From an uncultured Phycisphaerales bacterium (GTDB lineage Bacteria; Planctomycetota; Phycisphaerae; Phycisphaerales; SM1A02), in the NCBI GenBank assembly GCA_938084645.1, contig CALKEP010000062.1, forward strand, positions 1-18,209: DNA of 18,209 nucleotides, given 5' to 3'. The notes beneath the pieces were generated by a model. That model ran no database searches and was not told where the DNA came from. It was given only the letters and a program-made list of their open reading frames with translations. Of the stretch, positions 1-7,347 are shown one piece after another (position 1 is the stretch's first letter; the number at the start of each line of letters is the position of its first letter). Made by a program: the position numbers and the translations under genes.

Positions 1-62
1 GCCGCCGCCACCTGAGTCATCGCGGTGGCCACCACCGCGGTCGTGATAAACGTACGAATCAT
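1..62 (-). CDS. 5' end of a probable secreted protein (runs off the left edge)
   Basis: Read by hand: ATG at 62-60 gives MIRTFITTAVVATAMTQVAA..., which is Sec signal-peptide-like (basic residue, then an apolar Ala/Val/Thr stretch). SD GGAGAA at 76-71, 8 nt upstream. Only 20 codons are visible. Confidence 0.7.
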   Translation of the reverse strand, partial: MIRTFITTAVVATAMTQVAA

Positions 63-100
63 GAGTCACTTTCTCCGTTGCACACTGAACCGAGTCCCGG

Positions 101-152
101 GGCATGAAACCGAAATCATGCCACCAGGCAACCTCTGACAAACCGTCAGAGG
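101..152 (-). promoter_or_regulatory. Two stem-loops in the putative 5' leader of the left-edge gene
   Basis: Perfect inverted repeats GGCATGA(101-107)/TCATGCC(116-122) and CCTCTGAC(132-139)/GTCAGAGG(145-152). Confidence 0.55.
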
Positions 153-163
153 ACGAGCCCCCG

Positions 164-192
164 AACGTAAACGAACGTAGGCCCCTGCTCAA
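164..192 (-). promoter_or_regulatory. Candidate sigma-70 promoter TTGAGC-N17-TACGTT
   Basis: Minus strand -35 TTGAGC (192-187), 17-nt spacer, -10 TACGTT (169-164), pointing at the ATG at 62. Motif match only. Confidence 0.45.
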
Positions 193-200
193 GCGCTTGA
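189..200. promoter_or_regulatory. 12-bp perfect palindrome TCAAGCGCTTGA, candidate operator
   Basis: Perfect dyad with a central AAGCGCTT, overlapping the candidate -35. Confidence 0.4.
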
Positions 201-258
201 AACAGCATTTGCGGCCAGGTCATCGAGAACGCGACCAGATCGGGTAGGTACTGACGAA

Positions 259-288
259 GACCGCCCTGATCGTCAGATCAGGGCGGTC
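259..288 (-). terminator. 13-bp perfect hairpin downstream of fliA, probable intrinsic terminator (or 5' stem-loop)
   Basis: GACCGCCCTGATC(259-271)-GTCA-GATCAGGGCGGTC(276-288), 54 nt after the fliA stop. Only a weak U-tail follows on the minus strand (TTCGT). Confidence 0.65.
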
Positions 289-342
289 GTGGAATCATTA
301 TCGGCCGCGGCGGGCCTTCTCAACCCTCGCGGCGAGCGAGAC

Positions 343-1392
343 TCAGAATTCGCGCTCGCGATGCTGCATCTGCGCCTTGAGACGGGCGAGGATCGAGGAG
401 TGCATCTGACTGACCCGACTTTCGGAGAGATCGAGGGTGATGCCGATCTCCTTCATCGTCATCTCCTCGTAGTAGTAGAGGATGACGATCAGCCGCTCGG
501 CCCGCGAGAGGCCCTTGGTGAGCAGTGACTGGAGATCCTGCCGCTGAACCGCGGTAAGCGGATTCTCCTGCCGGGTGTCCTTGACCACGTCGATCTCGCG
601 GACGTCCTTGCTCGAGTCGGTCTCGAACCACTTTCGGTTGAGACTGACCTGGGTCACGGGACGTGAATCCCGCTTCAGTTTCCGGTATTCCTCGGGCGGA
701 AGCTGGAGCCGATCCGCGATCTCGTCGTCGGAGGCGGCGCGGCCGGTCTCCATCTCGATCTGCTTGCGGGTCGACTCGAACTTGCTGGTCCGGGATCGGA
801 CCAGCCGGGGAACCCAGTCCATCGAACGCAGCTCGTCGAAGATCGCACCGCGGATCCGCTGCGTGCAATAGGTCTCGAACTTGACGTTCCGCCCGGGATC
901 GAACGCGTTGATCGCGTCCATGAGACCGAACGAGCCGGCCTGCATCAGATCATGCGTGTCGACCTCGGAGGGCAGCCGCATGGCCATCCGCTCCGCAGTG
1001 AAGCGAACGAGATCGTGGTACTTCTCGATCAGGAAGTTGCGGACGTCCTGCGTCTGCTCCTCCCGATACATGCTCCAGATCTCCTCGATGGGCAGTTCCG
1101 AGAGACAGGTGTCGGTGGCGCGCTTCCGCGATCCACTGGTCCCGCTCCGGCTGGCCGCCCGCTGTTTGCGAGGCGCGGGCTTCGGCTTCTCGACGACGGC
1201 GGCGATCGTCGCTGCAACGACGGTCGTCTTCGTGGCCGATGGCTTCGGTCCGGACTTCTTGGTTGATGGGACAGCGGCCTTCGACGACTTCGGAGTCGAC
1301 TTCCGCGTCGACTTCTTGGTCGACGCCTTGACGCGCTTTGGGGATTCGACGGCTGATTCAACCGTCGCCGTGGCAGATGCCTTCGTCGTCAT
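343..1392 (-). CDS. fliA: FliA/WhiG-family RNA polymerase sigma factor (sigma-28) with a basic N-terminal extension
   Basis: Region 2 DLMQAGSFGLMDAINAFDP..KFETYCTQRIRGAIFDELRSMDWVPR; region 4 LYYYEEMTMKEIGITLDLSESRVSQMH; lies after flhF-flhG. Start moved from 1479 to the ATG at 1392 because of SD AAGGAG just upstream (349 aa). Confidence 0.96.
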   Translation of the reverse strand: MTTKASATATVESAVESPKRVKASTKKSTRKSTPKSSKAAVPSTKKSGPKPSATKTTVVAATIAAVVEKPKPAPRKQRAASRSGTSGSRKRATDTCLSELPIEEIWSMYREEQTQDVRNFLIEKYHDLVRFTAERMAMRLPSEVDTHDLMQAGSFGLMDAINAFDPGRNVKFETYCTQRIRGAIFDELRSMDWVPRLVRSRTSKFESTRKQIEMETGRAASDDEIADRLQLPPEEYRKLKRDSRPVTQVSLNRKWFETDSSKDVREIDVVKDTRQENPLTAVQRQDLQSLLTKGLSRAERLIVILYYYEEMTMKEIGITLDLSESRVSQMHSSILARLKAQMQHREREF

Positions 1393-1689
1393 CGGTCCGC
1401 TCCTTGACCTTCGATGACCATGTCTGATCGCGACGCGTCCAGATGCGTCGCGTGATTGTCGATCCGTCGCTCCCGCCATTCCAGCGGGTTCCCGCGATGT
1501 CGCGTCTTTGCGACCATGCGGAAAACGTTCGGGATCATCCAGGTTCCGACGAGTCGGTTCCCGGGGTTCGTCACTCGCCGGTCCTTGACGAGAGACGGGG
1601 TGATCATAACGCGAGTTTCCGGACGCGTGCAGCGCCGGTCATCACGCGGTGGAAAATCCGTGAACGAGGTACGGCCTCGATCGAGCGGA

Positions 1690-2055
1690 TCATGCCGAGT
1701 CGGGCGCAGATGCAACCGCGACGTCGACCCCTGAAGAATCCAGTTCAGCCTCGGATTCGTCAAGAATCTCGACATCTCCACCCGCTTCCTCGGCCGAACG
1801 GTCCTCCTGCTCCATCTGTGAGGTCTGATTCGACACATGTTCTCGGAAGAGACGGTCCAGAACGATGCCGATCACCAGCCCAAGGGGCCAGCAGACCACC
1901 ATCGTCACCAACGAACGCGCAAGAATCGCGCCCAGTGGGTTCTCCACATACATCCCGGAGAGCACCGCGACCAGGAAACCACCGACGGCCAGGATGCAGG
2001 CGGTCGGGACCGCGATCGAAGCTCGATGGGGATGGGGATGGGAAGTGGCTTGCAT
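1690..2055 (-). CDS. Small two-TM membrane protein with an acidic disordered tail, FlgV-like
   Basis: 121 aa; two hydrophobic segments (ACILAVGGFLVAVLSGM; SLVTMVVCWPLGLVIGIVL) then a D/E-rich tail. Its place between flhG and fliA matches the described context of FlgV. Family call rests on architecture and synteny only. Confidence 0.65.
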   Translation of the reverse strand: MQATSHPHPHRASIAVPTACILAVGGFLVAVLSGMYVENPLGAILARSLVTMVVCWPLGLVIGIVLDRLFREHVSNQTSQMEQEDRSAEEAGGDVEILDESEAELDSSGVDVAVASAPDSA

Positions 2056-2079
2056 GAGTCAGAACCTCGGCCGGGCGAA

Positions 2080-3102
2080 TCACCCCGACTGGCGTTGCGA
2101 CGATCCTGGTCGTCCGGATCGGCGGAACGCCCGCATCAATCCGGCGATCAATCCCCGCTCCTCGGTCATCCCACCCGCTTCATCCTGACCCGGTTTCGAC
2201 TGCAACTCGGCAGCGAGCCGGCGAATCGCGACCGCGGCCGGTGTCTCGGACGCCACCATCGAGAGCGGCCGCCGCCGCTTCACCGCAGCCACCACGGAGA
2301 AGTCGAAGGGAACGATGCCGGCGAGCGGAATGGGCCGGCGGAGATGGCGCCGCGCCACGCCGTCGATGCGCTTGTGGACGGCCACGCCTTCGTCCTCGCA
2401 TCCCACCATGTTCACCACGAGGGAGAGGTCGACCGCGGCGTCCCGGGCGATGATCGCCTTGGCCGCCGCGTAGGCGTCGGTCATCGCGGTCGGTTCGGGC
2501 GTGCAGGTCAGGAGGACGGTATCCGCAGCGCTCGCGAAACCGATGGCGTCCGCACCGATGCCCGCACCGACGTCGATGAGCAGGACGTCGACCACCCGTT
2601 CCAGGGCTCCGAGTTCCTCGACGACCCCCTGCCGCTGCACCGCGTTCAACGCCGCCAGCTCGGCCACGCCGCTCGCCCCGGGAATCAAACCGAGCCCGCC
2701 ACGGCCCCGAATGCCGGGGACCTTCATCACGATCTCCGCGAGCCGACGTCGCCCCTGCAGCACGTCCTCGAGGGTCGCCTTCACGGGAAGTCCGCACAGG
2801 ACGTCCACGTTCGCACACCCGAGATCGGCGTCGAAGAGCGCGACCCGACGACCCGACCGCGCGAGTTCGATGCCCAGATTCAGGGCGATGTTGGACTTCC
2901 CGACCCCGCCCTTGCCGCTGGCGATGGCGATCGCACGCGCGAGCCGTCGAGTCTCGAGCTTCGGTGACGCCGGCCGTGCATTCGGCGCGAAACTCACCCG
3001 GCCGCTGCGGACGCTCGCGACGGACTCCCGGGCGCTGGGCCCGACGCTCGGACGGGTGTTGCCCGCCACGAGCCCGCGAAGCATGGATGCCTGATCAGTC
3101 AC
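2080..3102 (-). CDS. flhG: MinD/ParA-family ATPase FlhG (FleN), flagellar number regulator
   Basis: N-terminal DQAxxLR motif, deviant Walker A SGKGGVGKS, DADLGCANVD, IDVGAGI, PEPTAMTDAY. GTG start overlaps the flhF stop (GTGA). Confidence 0.94.
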   Translation of the reverse strand: MTDQASMLRGLVAGNTRPSVGPSARESVASVRSGRVSFAPNARPASPKLETRRLARAIAIASGKGGVGKSNIALNLGIELARSGRRVALFDADLGCANVDVLCGLPVKATLEDVLQGRRRLAEIVMKVPGIRGRGGLGLIPGASGVAELAALNAVQRQGVVEELGALERVVDVLLIDVGAGIGADAIGFASAADTVLLTCTPEPTAMTDAYAAAKAIIARDAAVDLSLVVNMVGCEDEGVAVHKRIDGVARRHLRRPIPLAGIVPFDFSVVAAVKRRRPLSMVASETPAAVAIRRLAAELQSKPGQDEAGGMTEERGLIAGLMRAFRRSGRPGSSQRQSG

Positions 3103-4898
3103 GATTTCACCGACTCCCCCAGCATGAGATTCGCGAGGCGATGGCTCGTCGCCCGTTCCACGTCGGTGGGCACCTCCTGGCCGGTGGTCACCCAGCTGAT
3201 CCGACGACCGATCCGCCGCACCACCGAGACCAGCATGCCGAACGTGACGGCTTCATCGAGCTTGGTCAGCACCACGCGATCGGGCCCGAGCGTCGAGAAG
3301 GCCTCCGCCTCCCGAAGCAGGACACGTTCCGCCGCGGTGCCGGAAAGCACCAGATGGGTCTCGTGCGGACGCGCCGCATCGACGAGGGCCCGAAGGTCCG
3401 CGATCCGATCCGAGTCGTTCTGACTGCGCCCCGGCGTGTCGATCAGGACCGCGTCGAGATCGGAGCATCGTTCGAGCGCGGCACGCATCTCCACCGGGGT
3501 GGATGCGACCTCCAGCCGAAGCCCCAGGATCTCGGCGTAGGTCCGAACCTGGTCGACCGCGGCGATCCGGTAGGTGTCGGAGGTGATGAGGCCGACCTTG
3601 ATCTCGTCGCGGAGCGTCATCGTCGCCGCGATCTTCGCGAGGGTGGTCGTCTTGCCGACACCGGTCGGACCGACGAACGCGATGGTCCGAGGACGACCAT
3701 CCCGGGGCCGCGTGAATTCGAGGTCCTCCGCGGTCGGGACGAGGGTGGCGAGGTGGCCCAGCAGCGCGGTCCGAACCGCCTCCGGATCCTCCAGCGACGC
3801 CTCGTCGAGCTCCGCCTGCAGGGAGGCGACCACTCGTTCCGCGAGGTCCCGGGAGAGTTCCTGCGCAATGAGCGACGCGTAGGCGTCGGCGAGCGCGTCG
3901 CTCCGGCCGCCGGACACCGAGGCGGGGTCCCGAACGTCCGGAATCGGAGAACCGCCGGCGGCGAGCAGCCGGCCCACGGTCGATCGGATGGCGTCGAGTT
4001 CGTCGCCCGCCGTGTCGACCGGATTCGATTCCGAGGTCGACGATCCGACCGTCGGCGCCGCCGCTTCCCGGACGACTTCCGGTCGTGGCTCGGACGGCGC
4101 GGACGACTCGAGGTTCACGGCGGGCTCGAACGTCTCGATGAGCGGTGCCACACCGTCATCCGTGCGCGGAGATGACATCGGTTCGGGCGAAGGCGTGAGT
4201 TCGATCACCCGCGGTGCCGCGGGCGCGGCCTCGCCATCGGGAACCAGCACGCCACCGGGGCCGATGACGAAGTGTTCCGAGGCCTCGCGTCGTGGCGGGG
4301 CGGACGTGGGTTCGGAGGTGATCGACTCCGAGGTCGGCGGCACCGGCATCGAGCCCGAATCCGTGGACCCGCCCATGGACCCGCCCGTGGTCTCGATCAC
4401 GTCGTCGGGGCCCGAAACGCCGGCGGACGATCGCGCCGCCTGCTGGCGCTCGAGCCGGATCGCGAGCGCCCGGGCGAGCGTTCTCGTCTTCTCCCGATCC
4501 ACCTCGAGGGAGCCGCTCGCAGGCGCGGCATCGACGAGCGGATCCTCCGTCGAGGCCTCGTCGCGGGTGGCGGTCGTGTTCGTGGTGGTCGCGGCGTAGG
4601 CCCGAGCCGCTGCGGTGGTCATTCGAGGCTGTTCGTCGCGAGCGCGTTCCTGACGCGCTTCGGCCCGCGCGATCGGGTCGACGCCGGCGGCGGCGTTGGT
4701 GGCGAACTCGGCCGCGTCCTCCGTCGGCTCCACGGATTCGGACGCGATGATCTCCACGATCTCGCGGCCACCGAGTCCGAAGAAACCACCCCGCTTGAAC
4801 GTGCGGGTGTGCAGAATCGCGGCCTCTTCACCGAGATCGGCCTTCGCCGCCTCGAGGGCTTCGTTCAGGGTGAATGCTCGAAAGGTCTTCAATCGCAT
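3099..4898 (-). CDS. flhF: SRP-family GTPase FlhF
   Basis: N-terminus MRLKTFRA..ALEAAKADLGEEAAILHTR; GPTGVGKTT, DTYRIAA, DTPG, TKLDE, GQEVP. Start moved from 5054 to the ATG at 4898 with SD AGGAGG (599 aa). Confidence 0.96.
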   Translation of the reverse strand: MRLKTFRAFTLNEALEAAKADLGEEAAILHTRTFKRGGFFGLGGREIVEIIASESVEPTEDAAEFATNAAAGVDPIARAEARQERARDEQPRMTTAAARAYAATTTNTTATRDEASTEDPLVDAAPASGSLEVDREKTRTLARALAIRLERQQAARSSAGVSGPDDVIETTGGSMGGSTDSGSMPVPPTSESITSEPTSAPPRREASEHFVIGPGGVLVPDGEAAPAAPRVIELTPSPEPMSSPRTDDGVAPLIETFEPAVNLESSAPSEPRPEVVREAAAPTVGSSTSESNPVDTAGDELDAIRSTVGRLLAAGGSPIPDVRDPASVSGGRSDALADAYASLIAQELSRDLAERVVASLQAELDEASLEDPEAVRTALLGHLATLVPTAEDLEFTRPRDGRPRTIAFVGPTGVGKTTTLAKIAATMTLRDEIKVGLITSDTYRIAAVDQVRTYAEILGLRLEVASTPVEMRAALERCSDLDAVLIDTPGRSQNDSDRIADLRALVDAARPHETHLVLSGTAAERVLLREAEAFSTLGPDRVVLTKLDEAVTFGMLVSVVRRIGRRISWVTTGQEVPTDVERATSHRLANLMLGESVKS

Positions 4899-5129
4899 GG
4901 TGTCGCCCTCCTGGCGCTTCCCGACGCGGACGGTGGGTTTCTGCCCACCGACGACGGCCCTCGGACGATCGCATGGAACGACCGCGGGCCGCGACCCCGG
5001 CGTCGAGTCCTCCGACGGGGGCCGTGTCGGAAGGATACCCGACTCGAGGGACAATCACGCCGACGCCGCCATCTTTCCACCGGTCGCCGACATCCCCCGG
5101 GGTGCGGACCGCCGTGCCGACCACCGGAA

Positions 5130-7310
5130 TCAGTTCACGCCGACCGGCGCGGTCTCCGGCGAGCGCCCCTCCCCGACCACCGCCGGGCGTGACCCGCTCG
5201 GCTCGGGCGAGCCGAGCTGGACCAGCCCGACCGACTGGACGTCGAAACCGTCGACGAGTTCGTTGTAGCCGAGGACCACCACCCCCGAGAGATGCGGATG
5301 GAGGATCTGACGGAGCGGCGCCCGCACGGTCGGGGACGCCACCACGATCACCGGGCGTCCCGCCGCGAGCAGCGGCTTCGCCGCATCCGCGACGGCCCGA
5401 GCGACGTCGCCCGCAAGCTGCGGCGGCACCGACACGGTCGTTCCGCCGGCCCCGCGATCGATGTAACCGTTGACCCGGTCCTCGACCGCGGGATCCATGG
5501 TGACGACGTGAAGCCGGGCCCCCCCTTCGGGGTTGGCCTCGGCGTGCATGGTGCAGATCGATCGACGCAAGGCGTTCCGAACGTACTCCACGAGCACGTC
5601 GGGATCCCGGGTGTGCCCGATCCAGTCGCCGACGGTCTCGACGATCGTCTCGAGGTCCCGGACGGGAACACCTTCTCGAAGCAGGCTCTGGAGGACCTTC
5701 TGGAGCTCGCCCATCTTGACCTGGGCGGGTACCACCTCTTCGACGAGCCTCGGGGCCGACTGCTTGAGCTGCTCGACGAGGTTGCCGACCTCCTCCCGAG
5801 CAAGCAGCTCGTCGGCATGACGACGAACGACTTCGGTGAGATGGGTGGCGATGACGCTCGTGGGATCGACCACCGTGTAGTTCTGGGTCTCCGCCCGCAT
5901 GCGGAGGGCCGGATCGATCCAGGTGGCATCGAGCCCGAACGCGGGCTCCTTGCCCGGCAGCCCCTCGAGCTTCCCGGTGGCGATCCCCGAATCCATGGCC
6001 ATCAACAGATCCGGATGGACCTCGCCCTCGTCGACCGTCGCCCCGCGGATCTTCAGACGGTAGCGATCGGGCGGCAGCTGCATGTTGTCGCGAATCCGGA
6101 CCGGCGGCATCACCAGCCCGAGTTCCTTCGCCAGCTGGTTCCGGATCATGGAGACCCGATCGAGCAGGTCGCCCCCCACCAGCCGGACCAGGCCGTAGCC
6201 GACCTCGAGCTCGAGCGTGCTCACGCCCAGCAGCTCCTCGACCGGCTTCGGCTCCGCCCGCTCCGCCTCCGCCTCCTTCCGCGCCTCCAGTTCCTTCGCG
6301 ACCACGACCGCCCGCTTCGCATCGCGCATGAACCAGCCGATGCCGCCGGTGCCGATCGCGGCGACCAGCAGCGGAATGGTGGGAAGCGGGGTGAGCGAGA
6401 GCATCCCGAGGAACCCGCAGATCAGGAAGAGCGCCATCGGCTGGGAGGCGAGCTGGTTCGGGATCTCCATCCCGATGTTCTGCTCGCCCCCGGCCCGCGC
6501 CACGATGAGGCCTGCGGCGATCGCGACGATGAAGGCGGGAATCTGGGACACGAGTCCGTCGCCGATCGAAAGCATGCCGAATACCGCGATCGACTGTTCC
6601 GCGGTCCATCCATGCATCAGCATCGCGATCGCGAAGCCGCCGATGATGTTGACCCCGGTGATGATGATGCCGGCGATCGCGTCCCCACGGACGAACTTGG
6701 AGGCACCATCCATCGCCCCGTAGAAGTCCGCTTCCCGCGTGACCTCGTCACGACGGGTCCGAGCGTCCGACTCCGAGATCAGCCCCGCGGACAGATCCGC
6801 GTCGATCGCCATCTGCTTGCCGGGCATCGCGTCGAGCGTGAATCGCGCCGCGACCTCGGACATCCGCGTCGCACCCTTCGTGATGACCACGAACTGCACG
6901 ATGATCAGGATGAGGAAGATGATCGCCCCGATCACGGGGTTGCTGCCCGCGACGAAGTTCGCGAAGGCCTGGATCACCTCGCCGGCCGCGCCGTCCGCCT
7001 CCGCCTCGTTGAGTTCACCGGCCCCCAGGATCAAGCGGGTCGACGCCACGTTGAGCACCAGCCGGAAGAGGGTCGTGGCGAGCAGCAGCGCCGGAAAGAC
7101 GCTGAAGTCGAGGGGGCGTCGCATGTAGATCGTGGTCAGGAGCACGATCGCGGCCACCGCGATGTTCGCGCTGATCAGGATGTCCAGGGCGAGCGGCGGC
7201 AGGGGCACCACCAGCACCCCGATCAGACCCAGGAATCCGATCGGAACGATCAGATGCCGCTGGGCCGCGATGCGGTGGATGATGGTCGGGATTGTGAGCT
7301 GGTCGGACAG
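5130..7310 (-). CDS. flhA: Flagellar export apparatus protein FlhA (start probably CTG at 7310)
   Basis: FHIPEP signature TKGATRMSEVAARFTLDAMPGKQMAIDADL, FYGAMDGASKFVRGDA, IGDGLVSQIP. The track start (GTG 7217) falls inside TM1; the frame stays open to CTG 7310, which has SD GAGGA. Confidence 0.97.
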   Translation of the reverse strand: MSDQLTIPTIIHRIAAQRHLIVPIGFLGLIGVLVVPLPPLALDILISANIAVAAIVLLTTIYMRRPLDFSVFPALLLATTLFRLVLNVASTRLILGAGELNEAEADGAAGEVIQAFANFVAGSNPVIGAIIFLILIIVQFVVITKGATRMSEVAARFTLDAMPGKQMAIDADLSAGLISESDARTRRDEVTREADFYGAMDGASKFVRGDAIAGIIITGVNIIGGFAIAMLMHGWTAEQSIAVFGMLSIGDGLVSQIPAFIVAIAAGLIVARAGGEQNIGMEIPNQLASQPMALFLICGFLGMLSLTPLPTIPLLVAAIGTGGIGWFMRDAKRAVVVAKELEARKEAEAERAEPKPVEELLGVSTLELEVGYGLVRLVGGDLLDRVSMIRNQLAKELGLVMPPVRIRDNMQLPPDRYRLKIRGATVDEGEVHPDLLMAMDSGIATGKLEGLPGKEPAFGLDATWIDPALRMRAETQNYTVVDPTSVIATHLTEVVRRHADELLAREEVGNLVEQLKQSAPRLVEEVVPAQVKMGELQKVLQSLLREGVPVRDLETIVETVGDWIGHTRDPDVLVEYVRNALRRSICTMHAEANPEGGARLHVVTMDPAVEDRVNGYIDRGAGGTTVSVPPQLAGDVARAVADAAKPLLAAGRPVIVVASPTVRAPLRQILHPHLSGVVVLGYNELVDGFDVQSVGLVQLGSPEPSGSRPAVVGEGRSPETAPVGVN

Positions 7311-7347
7311 GGGACGATTCCTCGTGCGGTTCGGGGGACGGGCCGGA

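Noticed and set aside
4899..5054. Track N-terminal extensions of FlhF (also FliA 1479, FliQ 9514, FliL 12794, kinase 13875, BamD 13623)
   Set aside because: Downstream ATGs match family N-termini and/or have clear SD sites; the extensions look like non-coding sequence.
4828..6609. 593-aa same-strand alternative-frame ORF inside flhA
   Set aside because: Arg/Gly/Pro-rich off-frame reading; FlhA is complete in its own frame, so no frameshift is needed.
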